Positions 20,452-36,164 of a stretch of DNA of 64,000 bases are shown here, in pieces. A model generated the notes under the pieces. It was not told where the DNA came from and made no database searches. It was given only the letters and a program-made list of their open reading frames with translations. A program made the translations under genes and the position numbers. Origin of the DNA: an uncultured Chloroflexia bacterium (GTDB taxonomy: Bacteria > Chloroflexota > Limnocylindria > Limnocylindrales > CSP1-4); the NCBI GenBank assembly GCA_963768655.1, contig CAVYIM010000003.1, positions 640,001 through 704,000 of the forward strand, written 5' to 3'. Each line of letters opens with the position of its first letter. Positions within the stretch are counted from its first letter, which is position 1.

Positions 20452-21207
20452 ATGACGATGAACGACTACGGGGCCCCTGGTCCCGACTCGACGGAGGCGC
20501 CCGCCTCCGTCGATGGCGATCGTCCGGGATTCGCCGACCCGGACGATGCCACGACCGCGTCGGTCTACCTCCCGCCCTTCCGAGTCGACGTCACCGCCCG
20601 GAGTGGCGTCGCCCATCTGGTTTCCCGGCACCGACTGGCTGCGGCGGTCCGGCTGGCCCTCGAAGCCGCCGGCGCACCCGGCCCGGCCTCGATCGGCGTC
20701 GTGCTCTCGGACGACCGCGAACTGGCCGAGCTCAACGGCGTTCACATGGGTCATGCCGGCCCGACCGACGTACTGTCGTTCCCGTTCTTCCCGCCCGAGG
20801 CCTACCCCACGCACGAACGCGGCGTGCCGGCCGGACGCGATCCGTGGGTCGCGGCAGCGCTCAAGCAGGCCTTTGCCCTGCCGCCAGGCTTGCGGGCCCA
20901 CCTGGGAGACGTGATCGTGTCGGTGGAGAGGGCGGTCGCGCAGGCGTCCGACGGCCTCGGCGGGCAGACCGGCGACGTGCGCTGGACGCCGGCCGAGGAG
21001 CTGCTGCTGCTCGCCGTTCACGGCACGCTGCACATCTGCGGCTGGGACCATGCCGAACCCGTGGAAGAGGCGGGGATGAGGGCGCTGGAGCGGAGTGTCC
21101 TCGAGTCGTTGCCGCTCCACGACGCGGAGCGCGCGTCATCGCCGGCGCGCGATGCGAGTCCCTCGGAGACGCAGACGGGGTCGCCGGCGGCCGCGCCCGA
21201 CTGGTAG
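20452..21207 (+). CDS. ybeY: rRNA maturation endoribonuclease YbeY
   Basis: PTDVLSFP, LGDVIVS, HGTLHICGWDH (H3xH5xH); carries an internal insertion. Confidence 0.9.
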   Translation: MTMNDYGAPGPDSTEAPASVDGDRPGFADPDDATTASVYLPPFRVDVTARSGVAHLVSRHRLAAAVRLALEAAGAPGPASIGVVLSDDRELAELNGVHMGHAGPTDVLSFPFFPPEAYPTHERGVPAGRDPWVAAALKQAFALPPGLRAHLGDVIVSVERAVAQASDGLGGQTGDVRWTPAEELLLLAVHGTLHICGWDHAEPVEEAGMRALERSVLESLPLHDAERASSPARDASPSETQTGSPAAAPDW

Positions 21208-21387
21208 GTCGGCCCCGATTGACCGATCGGTCGTCGAGGATCTCGCGGCCCACGAGCCGCAACGCCCGCCTGACGCCTCGAATCTGACGCATGGCCGCGC
21301 CTGATACCATCCGCGCAGGCCCTCCGGAACGGGATCAGGGCCTGTTTTGCGTGTCGCGACATGTTCGAGTGGACCAGCGGAGCAACG

Positions 21388-22070
21388 GTGAAGATAATCG
21401 TCGGCCTCGGTAATCCCGGCGCCCAGTACGAGAAGACGCGCCACAACATCGGCTGGATGGTCCTCGACCGGCTGGCCGATCGAGCCGGCTGGTCCGGTCG
21501 CGGTCGAACGCGTGACGCCGCCGCGATCGTGCAGGGGCGCTTCCGCGGGCTCGACCTGCTGCTCGTCAAGCCGCTCACCTACATGAACGAGTCCGGGCTC
21601 GCGGTCCGCAAGGCCCTGGCGCGCGAGCGCACTCCGCTGGGCGAGCTGCTGGTCGTGGCGGACGACTTCGCCCTTCCCTTCGGCAAGCTCCGCTTCCGCG
21701 AGGGCGGCAGCGCGGGCGGGCACAACGGGCTGCGGTCGATCATCGAGGAGCTGGGCAACGAGCAGTTCAGCCGGCTCCGCGTCGGGATAGGCGATCCGGG
21801 ACGGGACGCCATCGACCACGTTCTCAGCCAGTTCGGGCGAGGCGAGAAGGCCCGGCTGTCCGAACTGTTGGACGCGGCGGCAGACGCGGTCGAAGCCTGG
21901 GCGCGTGAGGGCACGAACAAGGCGGCCAACCACTACAACGCCTTCGAGCTGCGCCCGGACGACGACGAACGCGCGGCCCCGTCCGGCGAGATTGACGGGC
22001 CGCCCGGGCCGGACGGCATCCGACGCACCCGAACGGGCTGGCGAAAGGTGAAGCCGCCCGAAGGTGGCGA

Positions 22071-22074
<4 letters not shown>
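21388..22074 (+). CDS. pth: Peptidyl-tRNA hydrolase
   Basis: IVGLGNPG..YEKTRHNIG, KPLTYMNESG, GGHNGLRS. Confidence 0.97.
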
Positions 22075-26009
<3,935 letters not shown>

Positions 26010-26047
26010 CGGTCAGCGCTTCGGGCACGGTCCGACTGCGGCGGTTC

Positions 26048-26087
26048 GCCCGAGTTGGCCCGAGTTGGCCCGAGTTGGCCCGAGTTG
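26048..26087. repeat. Perfect 10-bp tandem repeat (GCCCGAGTTG)x4 upstream of the acyltransferase
   Basis: Read directly from the sequence. Confidence 0.9.
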
Positions 26088-26220
26088 GACTCCATCGCGT
26101 AACCTATGGGCGGCCCGAACCGCCGTAGATTGGGCGGATGGGCCCCGGTGGAGTCCGTCACGGGCGGCCGGCTAGTTCCGTCGCATCCCGCTTCACGGGT
26201 ACCAGACAGAAGGACAAGGG

Positions 26221-28512
26221 ATGCAGCAGACGAACAGGAGAAGGGCGACCGCCTCGCGCGAGAAGGACAACTTCCGCCCCGACATCGAGGGGCTCCGAGG
26301 GGTCGCCGTCCTCCTCGTCGTCTTCTTCCATGCGGGGATGCTGTCGAACTCCGCCTTCCAGGTTCCGGGCGGTTTCATCGGCGTCGATCTCTTCTTCGTC
26401 GTCTCCGGCTTCCTCATCACGGGCCTCCTAATCCGAGAGCGCGAGAAGACGGGCAAGCTCAGCTTCTCGAAGTTCTACGCGCGGCGAGTGCGCCGCATCC
26501 TGCCGGCTGCCGCGGTTGTCCTGCTGGTCACGATCCCGCTGGCATACGTGCTCGTCACGCTGATCCAACGCCCGGACACCATGGAAGACGGGGCGTCGGC
26601 CGCGCTCTCCATCGCCAACATTCAATTCGCCCTGACGACGGACTACTTCAACCCGGTCACCTACTCGCCGTTCCTCCACTTCTGGTCGCTCGGCGTGGAA
26701 GAGCAGTTCTACTTCGTCTGGCCCGCGCTGCTGTTGGTGGCGGCGTGGCGCCGCCCGCGCCTGGGGGCGGGCCTTGCCCTGGCGGCCGTATGCGTCGTCT
26801 CGTTCGCGGCGAGCGTCTACATGACCGACGCGAACCCGAGCTGGGCCTTCTACATGCTGCCGACCCGGGCCTGGCAGCTGGCCGCCGGAGGCCTGCTGGC
26901 GGTCGGGGCCGGCTCGCTGGCGCGGGCGCCCGCGGCGTTGCGCCAGGTCATCGGCCAGGTGCTCGTGATCGTCGGCTGGCTGGCGCTGGCGGTGTTGTTC
27001 GTCGACGCCTTCGCCCTCAACTCGAACGTCCCCTATCCGGGCATGGCGGCGCTCGTTCCGACGGTCGCAGGAGTACTGCTCATCGCCTCAGGCACGCAGC
27101 CTCATGGCCCCGGCGTGGTCCTCGGGCTCATGCCGATCCGCTTCATCGGCAAGATCAGCTATTCGCTCTACCTGTGGCACTGGCCGATGCTGATCCTGGG
27201 CGGGCTGTACCTTCAGGCGGCGCAGCCGGCCCTGTCCCCTGACCAGGTGCAGCAGGTTCTCACTCCGGCTCAGGCGTATGCGCTCGCCCTCTTCTCCATT
27301 CCGGTGGCGACGGTCAGCTGGGGCCTGGTCGAAGAGCCGTTCCGGCGCGGCTACATACCGCTGCCGCGCCCCAGCCGCACCGTGCTGGCCGGCGTGACCG
27401 TGATGGTCATCGTCGCCCTCGTCGGTACCAGCTTCAACATCAGCGCCCAGAATGCGCTGGCCGATCTCGGCGGCGTAACGGCTCAGGTCAACCCGACGGA
27501 CACCCCGCAGCCGACCGACACGCCCGGCATCGGCGTCACGGACATGCCGCCGACGACGGCGCCCAGCTTCGCGACGCCGCCGCCTGGTGACACGCCCACG
27601 CCCGTGCCGGGCATGACCCCGGCCCTGACGATGACCCCGCCGGGCCCGCCGCCCACGACCTACGCGGTCACCAACGCGCTCCGCCCCACCCTGGCCAACG
27701 CGCCCACGGACTACGAGGCGCCCTGGGGGGATCACTGCCTGGGCTGGGAGGCGACGACGGTGCCGCCCGCCTGGGGCAAGTGCATCTTCGGCAACCCCCA
27801 GGGAACCTACCAGGTCGCGCTGATCGGCAATTCACATGCCTCTGCGCTCTTTCCCGCGGTCAACGCAGTGGCCAAGGCGCAGGGGTGGAAGCTCGAGGTC
27901 TACCTGAAGATCGACTGCTCCTTCGTCGACATCCCGATCACGGACATCAACCTCAAGCGCCAATACACGGAGTGCGCAACCTGGAACAACAACGTGATCG
28001 CGAGCTTGAACGCCCACCCGCCGGATCTCGCCATCGTTTCCATGATGCGCGAGATCAACAACGTCAACCCATCCGATGGCACCATCAGCGCCCAGGGCAA
28101 CGCCATGGCTCGTGAGATGGAGAAGATCCCCAGCTCCACCAAGGTCGTGATGATCCAGGACATCCCGGACCCATGGACCTATGAAGTGCCGACGTGCCTC
28201 TCGCAGAACCTGTCCGACTACCGCAACTGTGCCTATTCGCGGTCAAGCGGTTTCGGGCGGAACATGGGTAAGCGCGAGGCCATCGCGGCCAAAGCGTCGG
28301 GGGCGAGCCTGATCAATCTCAACGACGCCATCTGCCCGGGAACGGGGCCGTGCCCGGCGGTTCTGAACGGCATGATCACCTTCCGCGACCAGCACCACCT
28401 GACGGCCACCTTCTCCGCGTCGCTGGGGCCTGCTCTGGACCAGAAGCTGATCGCAGTCCTGAATGCATCTTCCACGCCGCCGCCTGCGCCTTCTGCTTCG
28501 CCATCCAGCTGA
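26221..28512 (+). CDS. Acyltransferase-3 plus SGNH domain O-acyltransferase (OatA/OafA-like)
   Basis: FRPDIEGLRGVAV, GVDLFFVVSGFLIT, HFWSLGVEEQFY, SYSLYLWHWP; Pro/Thr linker; G(N)SHA and DQHH SGNH motifs. Confidence 0.93.
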   Translation: MQQTNRRRATASREKDNFRPDIEGLRGVAVLLVVFFHAGMLSNSAFQVPGGFIGVDLFFVVSGFLITGLLIREREKTGKLSFSKFYARRVRRILPAAAVVLLVTIPLAYVLVTLIQRPDTMEDGASAALSIANIQFALTTDYFNPVTYSPFLHFWSLGVEEQFYFVWPALLLVAAWRRPRLGAGLALAAVCVVSFAASVYMTDANPSWAFYMLPTRAWQLAAGGLLAVGAGSLARAPAALRQVIGQVLVIVGWLALAVLFVDAFALNSNVPYPGMAALVPTVAGVLLIASGTQPHGPGVVLGLMPIRFIGKISYSLYLWHWPMLILGGLYLQAAQPALSPDQVQQVLTPAQAYALALFSIPVATVSWGLVEEPFRRGYIPLPRPSRTVLAGVTVMVIVALVGTSFNISAQNALADLGGVTAQVNPTDTPQPTDTPGIGVTDMPPTTAPSFATPPPGDTPTPVPGMTPALTMTPPGPPPTTYAVTNALRPTLANAPTDYEAPWGDHCLGWEATTVPPAWGKCIFGNPQGTYQVALIGNSHASALFPAVNAVAKAQGWKLEVYLKIDCSFVDIPITDINLKRQYTECATWNNNVIASLNAHPPDLAIVSMMREINNVNPSDGTISAQGNAMAREMEKIPSSTKVVMIQDIPDPWTYEVPTCLSQNLSDYRNCAYSRSSGFGRNMGKREAIAAKASGASLINLNDAICPGTGPCPAVLNGMITFRDQHHLTATFSASLGPALDQKLIAVLNASSTPPPAPSASPSS

Positions 28513-28754
28513 CGTACCGTCCGGCCGGCTCGGTCCGAGTTCATGGGCTCGGCGCCCATTTCGAGCTCGGTCGGCGGCGAACCGCGGCGATTGGCGGGCG
28601 GATCCCGGCCTCGGCCTCGTCCGCAGCCTCGGCCGGCTCATAGCAGCCCGACCGGATCTGACGATTTTCAGGTTGGCTGGTCTGGAGCCCACGTCGCTGC
28701 GGTAGACTTCGCCTGCCGAACCCAGCCGAAGCTTGACCGGAGGACAGCCTCGAC

Positions 28755-29276
28755 ATGACAGCCGAGGAGCTGCGCGCCAAGATCCGCGAGATCCCCGACT
28801 TCCCAAAGCCGGGCATTCTCTTCTACGACATCACGACTCTGCTCAAAAATCCGGACGCCTACCACGAGGCGATCGATCTCATGATCGAGCCATATCGCGA
28901 TTCGGGCGTGGAGCTCGTCGTTGGCATGGAGTCACGCGGATTCATCTTCAGCGGCCCGATTGCCTACCAGCTGCATGCCGGCCTGGTGCCGGTCCGCAAG
29001 CTCGGCAAGCTGCCGTCGGAGACCGTCTCGGTCGAGTACGCGCTCGAGTACGGCTCCAACACGCTCGAGATCCACAAAGACGCCATCGGCCGAGGTCAGC
29101 GCGTCCTCATCGTCGACGACTTGCTCGCCACCGGCGGCACCGTCCGCGGCACGATCGAGCTGGTGGAGCGATTGGCGGGCCAGATAGTCGGCCTCGACTT
29201 CCTGGTCGAACTGCTCCTCCTCAAGGGCCGAGATCGCCTGCGGAGCTACAAGACGACGAGCGTCATCCAGTACTGA
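28755..29276 (+). CDS. apt: Adenine phosphoribosyltransferase
   Basis: PDFPKPGILFYDIT, ESRGF, RKLGKLP, VDDLLATGGT. Confidence 0.98.
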   Translation: MTAEELRAKIREIPDFPKPGILFYDITTLLKNPDAYHEAIDLMIEPYRDSGVELVVGMESRGFIFSGPIAYQLHAGLVPVRKLGKLPSETVSVEYALEYGSNTLEIHKDAIGRGQRVLIVDDLLATGGTVRGTIELVERLAGQIVGLDFLVELLLLKGRDRLRSYKTTSVIQY

Positions 29277-29382
29277 TCCGCGGACGAGGTCCAGTGAGCT
29301 TCCCCGGCGCCGACGAACAGAACCCCCTGGATCGCCCCGGCTGGGCTGCGATCGTCGTCGCTCGCCGCCCGCCGGTGCGACA

Positions 29383-30249
29383 GTGACCACACGAGCGGTG
29401 GCCAGGCGAGAACACGCCGCGATCTCGGTCCAGGAGACGACGGATCGGGTGATGCTGCGAGCGTTCCTGGAAACGGATCGCCTGTTCGCCGCGTATGCCC
29501 TGTGCGACCTGGACGACCGCGAATTCCTCCGAACGCGCTGGGGAGTGGCGCTGTCCGGTGGCCGCCCGGTGGCCGTCGTGCTCCAGTACGCCGGCTACTC
29601 GCCCCAGCCGGTCTTCGTCATGGGCGAGAATGCGGGCATCGAGGGCATCCTCGCCTCAGTGATCAAGCCACGAACAGCCTACGTGGCCGCTCTCCTGACG
29701 AATCTCCCGGCGGTCGCGGCCCAATACCGCGTGGATGCCGGGCCCGAGATGGTCCGGATGTGGACCGACCGAGCCCATTTCCGACCCTTCCCGGCCAACG
29801 TGGAGCGCCTGCTGCCGGTCGAGATCGGCGAGCTGAACCGCCTCTACCAGCTGGGTTTCGCCTCGTGGCTGCCGGCCAGCGCGATCGCCGACGGGCTGTA
29901 TTACGGCATTCGCGTCGGCGGCAGGCTCGTTTCCGCGGCCGGTACGCACGTCATCAGCGCCTCTGCCCGTCTGGCCGTCGTCGGCAACGTCATGACCCAC
30001 GTCGACCATCGCGGCCACGGCTACGCGACCGCCGTTACCGGGGCGGTGACCTCCGAGCTCCTCCGCTTCTGCGATCAGGTCGTCCTCAACGTTCGAGCCG
30101 ACAACCCGCCCGCCCTGGCGGCGTACCGGCGCCTCGGCTATCAGACACACGTGACCTTCGAAGAACGGCTTATCCACCGCAGCGAGTCGGCCTGGAGTGG
30201 CTGGGCGGGTCCGATCCGTCGCCTCTTCGCGGCCCGGAAGGAGTCCTGA
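29383..30249 (+). CDS. GNAT acetyltransferase (FR47-like C-terminal domain)
   Basis: VGNVMTHVDHRGHGYA, NPPALAAYRRLGY. Confidence 0.88.
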   Translation: MTTRAVARREHAAISVQETTDRVMLRAFLETDRLFAAYALCDLDDREFLRTRWGVALSGGRPVAVVLQYAGYSPQPVFVMGENAGIEGILASVIKPRTAYVAALLTNLPAVAAQYRVDAGPEMVRMWTDRAHFRPFPANVERLLPVEIGELNRLYQLGFASWLPASAIADGLYYGIRVGGRLVSAAGTHVISASARLAVVGNVMTHVDHRGHGYATAVTGAVTSELLRFCDQVVLNVRADNPPALAAYRRLGYQTHVTFEERLIHRSESAWSGWAGPIRRLFAARKES

Positions 30250-30253
30250 CCCG

Positions 30254-31555
<1,302 letters not shown>

Positions 31556-31571
31556 TCGTCTGACGGGCGCA

Positions 31572-31592
31572 GGCGGGACGCCCTGTCCCGCC
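31572..31592 (+). terminator. Hairpin after ahcY
   Basis: GGCGGGAC-N5-GTCCCGCC; no U-tract. Confidence 0.4.
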
Positions 31593-31731
31593 GGGCGCCA
31601 CGGTCCGGAGCGGTCGCCCCGGCCGCGTGACGGCTCGCGCCCGGAATGGCACTCTCCACGTGCTAACCTTCGGGCTGCCCGCGTCGGGGCCAGATCGCGC
31701 AGACTGCCTGAGCTCGAATACCGGGAGACCG

Positions 31732-32931
31732 ATGGCCAGCTTCCTCGACGACCCTCAGCACCTTTTCACGTCCGAGTCGGTGACCGAAGGGCACCCCGAC
31801 AAGATGTGCGACCAGATCTCGGACGCGATTCTGGACGCGATCCTGGCCGACGATCCGGACGCGCGTGTCGCGTGCGAGACGGCCACGACCACGGGCATCG
31901 TCCTGGTCCTGGGTGAGATCACGACTTCAACCTACGTGGACTTCCAGTCCGTCGTCCGTGAGACCGTCAAGGAGATCGGCTACACCAACGCCGACTATGG
32001 CTTCGACTACGAAACCTGCGGGACGATGGTGAGCGTCAAGGAGCAGTCGCCCGACATCGCCATGGGCGTCGACGCGACCGGGCACGAGCTCGGCGCCGGG
32101 GACCAGGGGATGATGATCGGATTCGCCTGCCGTGAGACGCCCGAGCTCATGCCGCTGCCGATCGCGCTGGCCCATGGCCTCGCGCGACGCCTGGCCGAGG
32201 TGCGCAAGAGTGGCCAGCTACCCTACCTGCGGCCCGATGGCAAGACCCAGGTCACCGTGGAGTACGAGCGGGGCGTGCCGCGGCGGGTCACGAATGTCGT
32301 GATCGCCGCCCAGCACGATCCCGGCGTCGCCAACGACAGGCTCCGGCCGGACATCATGGAGGCGGTCATCCTGCCGTCGATCCCGGCGGAGTTGCGCTCG
32401 AAGGATCCTCTGATCCACATCAACGCCACTGGCCGCTTCGTGATCGGTGGGCCCATGGGTGACGCCGGCCTGACCGGACGCAAGATCATCGTCGATACCT
32501 ACGGCGGGATGGCCCGTCACGGCGGCGGCGCCTTCTCCGGAAAGGACCCCACGAAGGTCGACCGCTCGGCCAGTTACGCCGCTCGCTGGGTGGCCAAGAA
32601 CGTCGTGGCCGCCGGACTGGCCGACCGCTTTGAGATCCAGCTCGCCTATACCATCGGCATTGCCAGGCCCGCCTCGGTGTCGATCGAGACGTTCGGCACG
32701 GAGCGCGTTCCGGACGGGCGCATCCTGGCGGCGATCGAGAAGCACTTCGACCTGCGACCAGCTGGGATCATCGAAGCCCTGGACCTGCGCCGGCCCATCT
32801 ACAAGGCGACTGCCGCCTACGGCCATTTCGGCCGGCCGGACCGAGACTTCACCTGGGAACGCACCGACAAGGCGGCGGCTCTGGCGGACGAGTGCGGCGT
32901 TCCGATGTCCGCCGTCGCAGCTGGATCCTGA
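31732..32931 (+). CDS. metK: S-adenosylmethionine synthetase
   Basis: [42 protein letters not shown]. Confidence 0.99.
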   Translation: MASFLDDPQHLFTSESVTEGHPDKMCDQISDAILDAILADDPDARVACETATTTGIVLVLGEITTSTYVDFQSVVRETVKEIGYTNADYGFDYETCGTMVSVKEQSPDIAMGVDATGHELGAGDQGMMIGFACRETPELMPLPIALAHGLARRLAEVRKSGQLPYLRPDGKTQVTVEYERGVPRRVTNVVIAAQHDPGVANDRLRPDIMEAVILPSIPAELRSKDPLIHINATGRFVIGGPMGDAGLTGRKIIVDTYGGMARHGGGAFSGKDPTKVDRSASYAARWVAKNVVAAGLADRFEIQLAYTIGIARPASVSIETFGTERVPDGRILAAIEKHFDLRPAGIIEALDLRRPIYKATAAYGHFGRPDRDFTWERTDKAAALADECGVPMSAVAAGS

Positions 32932-32935
32932 TCGC

Positions 32936-34033
32936 GTGTACGCGGTCGTCCTGGCCGGCGGGGGCGGAACGCGTCTCTGGCCGCTCAGCACCCCCGAGCG
33001 GCCGAAGCCGTTTCTCCGGCTGATCGGCGACGAAACCCTCATCCAGCGCTCCGTGGCGCGGCTGGCGCCGCTCGTGGCACCGGCGGACGTCTATGTCGTG
33101 ACCGACCAGCGGTACGGCGATCTCGTCCGCGAGCAGCTGCCCGGGATTCCCGAATCCAATTTCCTGGGCGAGCCCATGGGCCGCAATACCGCCGCGGCCG
33201 TGGCCCTGGCCGCCGAGGCGATCGACCGCCCGCCGGAGGAAGTGATGGTCGTCCTGCCTGCGGACGCGCACGTCGCCGACGAGCCCGGACTGCGGGCCGC
33301 GCTGGCGGTGGCCGCCGACGTGGCCGCCGGTGGCTGCCTGGTGACGCTGGGCGTCACGCCGGGTCGACCCGAAACCGGGTACGGGTATGTCATGGCGCGG
33401 CCGCCGGCTCGAGTCGTGGCCGGGCGCGAAACGTACGCGGTGGATCGGTTCGTGGAGAAGCCGAGCATGGAACGGGCGATCGAGCTCATCGCGACCGGAC
33501 TCGCGAGCTGGAATGCCGGCATCTTCGTCTGGACGCGGGCCGCCATCCGGGACAATCTGTCCCGTCACGCGCCCGAGATCGTCGGGCCGATCAGGGCCAT
33601 CTGCTCGTCCGGCGCCACGGAGGACCTCGGTCTCGCGTACCCGTCGCTGTTGGCCACTTCGATCGACTACGCCGTGATGGAGCCTGCGTCACTCGAGGGA
33701 GCGGTCGCGGTCGTGCCCATCGATGTCGGCTGGAGCGATCTGGGAAGCTGGGCGGCCCTGCGCGACGCCTGGCAGGAGGAATCGCGCGCCGGCGCCGGAG
33801 CCGCCACGGGCTCCGCGGGCATCGGCAACGTCCGCGATCTCGGCTCCTCGAACGGCCTGGTCATGGCCGGCGATCGATTGGTCGTGACCATCGGCCTGAC
33901 TGACACGATCGTGGTCGACACGCCGGACGCCCTCCTCGTCTGCGCCGCCGATCATTCGCAGGAGGTGCGGGCGATCGCCGAGGAGATGACCCGGGCGAGC
34001 CAGCCTGCCCCGCACAGGGAGAACCAGCCTTGA
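32936..34033 (+). CDS. manC: Mannose-1-phosphate guanylyltransferase
   Basis: LAGGGGTRLWPLS, EPMGRNTA, ETGYGY, FVEKP, SIDYAVME, WSDLGSW. Confidence 0.93.
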   Translation: MYAVVLAGGGGTRLWPLSTPERPKPFLRLIGDETLIQRSVARLAPLVAPADVYVVTDQRYGDLVREQLPGIPESNFLGEPMGRNTAAAVALAAEAIDRPPEEVMVVLPADAHVADEPGLRAALAVAADVAAGGCLVTLGVTPGRPETGYGYVMARPPARVVAGRETYAVDRFVEKPSMERAIELIATGLASWNAGIFVWTRAAIRDNLSRHAPEIVGPIRAICSSGATEDLGLAYPSLLATSIDYAVMEPASLEGAVAVVPIDVGWSDLGSWAALRDAWQEESRAGAGAATGSAGIGNVRDLGSSNGLVMAGDRLVVTIGLTDTIVVDTPDALLVCAADHSQEVRAIAEEMTRASQPAPHRENQP

Positions 34034-35511
34034 GCGCCGACCCGGCAACTTCGGAGCCAACGCGGATCGTCTTCGGGACGGATGGCTGGCGCGCCCGGGT
34101 CGCCGAAGACTTCACCTTCGAGAACGTCCGCCGCTGCGCTCGCGCGGTGGCCGAGTACGTGGTGGAGCGCGGCGAGCAGTCCAAGGGCGTCGTCATCGCC
34201 TACGACCGCCGCTTCGTGAGCGAGCATTTCGCCGCGGCCGCGGCGGAGGTCGTGGTGGCCCACGCCATTCCGGTCGCGCTGGCGGCACAGGCCGTGCCGA
34301 CGCAGATGTCCTCGTTCGAAGTCGTCCAGCGGAAGTCGGCCGCCGGCATCGTGATCACCGCCAGCCACAATCCCTGGACGGACAACGGCTTCAAGGTCAA
34401 GTCGCCGACGGGCGCGGCCGCCGGCCCGGAGATGCTCTCCGCGATCGAGGCATTGCTCGCCGCCGACGCGGGCAAGCCGGCCCCGCGGCGACCACTCGAC
34501 GACGCCGAGGCCGCGGGTCTGCTGGAGCGCTTCGACCCGTACGCCGGGTACGTGGAGTTCATCCGCCCCAACGTGGATCTGGATCGCCTGGCCGCGGCCG
34601 ACCTCGACGTGCTGGTCGATCCGCTCTACGGCTCCGGAGCCGGCTGGCTCCCGCGACTTCTCTCGGGCGGCAGAATTCGAGTCACCGAGATCCACTCGGA
34701 GCGGAATCCGTACTTCGGGGGCGTGAACCCGGAGCCGATCCCGCCGAACGTGGACGCCGCCCTGGCGAAGCTGGCCGGCGGCGGGTACGACCTGGGCCTG
34801 CTCCTCGACGGGGACGCCGATCGGTGCGGCCTCGCCGACGAGCGCGGGGCCTTCATCACCACGCTCCAGATCTTCGGCCTGCTGACCTACTACCTGGCGG
34901 AGTATCGGGGCCTGCGCGCGCCGGTCGTGAAGACCGTCAACGAAACCTCGATGGCGGAACGGCTCGGCGAACGCTACGGCGTGCCCGTCTACGAGGTCCC
35001 CGTGGGCTTCAAGTACATCGGTCCCAAGATGATCGAGACCGGGGCCATGATGGGCGGCGAGGAGTCTGGCGGCTTCGGCTTCGGCATGCACCTGCCGGAG
35101 CGGGACGGCATCTTCGCGGACCTGATGCTGCTGGACCTGTTCGTCCGCGAGAGGGCGGCCGGGCGATGGCCGGCGAGTCAGGCGATCGCCCACCTGCACG
35201 AGATAGCCGGGCCATCGAGCTATCGGCGGGTGGACATCCACTTCGACCGGGCGAGCTATCCGGCGCTGAAGGATCGGCTGCTGGCCGAGCTGCCCGACCG
35301 GGCTCCGTCCGTGCTGGCCGGGCGGCCCGTGGTTCGAACGCAGCCCCTGTCGACCAACGATGGCTTCAAGTTCTTCGCCGACGACGGCTCGTGGCTCCTG
35401 GTCCGCTTCAGCGGCACCGAGCCGCTGGTCCGGATCTACACGGAGGCCCTGTCGCCCGCCGCCGTCGATGCGAATCTGGTCACGGGAAAGCGCATCGTCG
35501 GGGACGCCTGA
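34030..35511 (+). CDS. Phosphoglucomutase/phosphomannomutase
   Basis: FGTDGWR, TASHNP, DGDADR, GEESGG, RFSGTEP. Confidence 0.95.
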   Translation: MSADPATSEPTRIVFGTDGWRARVAEDFTFENVRRCARAVAEYVVERGEQSKGVVIAYDRRFVSEHFAAAAAEVVVAHAIPVALAAQAVPTQMSSFEVVQRKSAAGIVITASHNPWTDNGFKVKSPTGAAAGPEMLSAIEALLAADAGKPAPRRPLDDAEAAGLLERFDPYAGYVEFIRPNVDLDRLAAADLDVLVDPLYGSGAGWLPRLLSGGRIRVTEIHSERNPYFGGVNPEPIPPNVDAALAKLAGGGYDLGLLLDGDADRCGLADERGAFITTLQIFGLLTYYLAEYRGLRAPVVKTVNETSMAERLGERYGVPVYEVPVGFKYIGPKMIETGAMMGGEESGGFGFGMHLPERDGIFADLMLLDLFVRERAAGRWPASQAIAHLHEIAGPSSYRRVDIHFDRASYPALKDRLLAELPDRAPSVLAGRPVVRTQPLSTNDGFKFFADDGSWLLVRFSGTEPLVRIYTEALSPAAVDANLVTGKRIVGDA

Positions 35512-35526
35512 GTTCCGGGCGTCCAC

Positions 35527-35540
35527 CGAACGAGCGTTCG
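35527..35540. promoter_or_regulatory. Candidate LexA (Cheo/SOS) box
   Basis: CGAAC-GAGC-GTTCG fits CGAAC-RNRY-GTTCG, but lies ~265 bp upstream of the next gene. Confidence 0.4.
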
Positions 35541-35805
35541 GGTTCGGGCTTGCGGCGCCCGGCCGGCGTCGGCCTCGCTCCCGAGCCGCCGCCGCCGACC
35601 TGCTCCAGGCCGCCACAGCGGCCCCGTGCGAGGCGTCGAATGGGTCGTTCGCGTGTACACCGAATGGTCATTTCGGTGCAACGGGACGAAGCCGCTGTCT
35701 CTTGGCTCGCAGTCTGTACAGTGAGGCGAACCGACCTCGGCCGTTCATCTGGGCGGTCGACGGCGGACCTCTTCGGGGCAGGCAGGGCGACGGAGGGTAC
35801 TGGCG

Positions 35806-36081
35806 ATGCACAGCAGTCTCATCGGGAAGGTCGAGAAGGCGAACCGCTACGCCCGCGAGCTGGATCGGATCTCATTCGAACAGCTCGCGGTCACGTTTAA
35901 GGGTGACAACGACACCCATACTGTCCGACTCGACGGCGAAGCCTGGCAGTGCACCTGCCACTTCTTTGAGAGCTGGGGATCGTGCGTCCACGTGCTCGCC
36001 CTGCAGAAGATCCTGGGCGTCATGCTCCCCGAACCGGCACAGACATCCCTCTTCAGCGCCCAGCCTGCCGTGCCCGCCTAA
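35806..36081 (+). CDS. Small SWIM zinc-finger protein
   Basis: WQCTCHFFESWGSCVH (CxC...CxH); SD GGAGG; the IGKVEKANRYA N-terminus resembles conserved Chloroflexota small proteins (from memory). Confidence 0.85.
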   Translation: MHSSLIGKVEKANRYARELDRISFEQLAVTFKGDNDTHTVRLDGEAWQCTCHFFESWGSCVHVLALQKILGVMLPEPAQTSLFSAQPAVPA

Positions 36082-36164
36082 GCGGCACATCGAGAGGGGA
36101 GTGTAGTCTTCGAAGCGCGAGGTCGGCATTCTGCCCCGACCTCCATCGATAGTTGGGGGAACCT

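Noticed and set aside
31600-31731. SAM or SAH riboswitch upstream of metK
   Set aside because: The leader after the TAACCT -10 candidate is short and I see no SAM-I, SAM-II or SAH consensus; an Rfam scan would be needed to exclude it fully.
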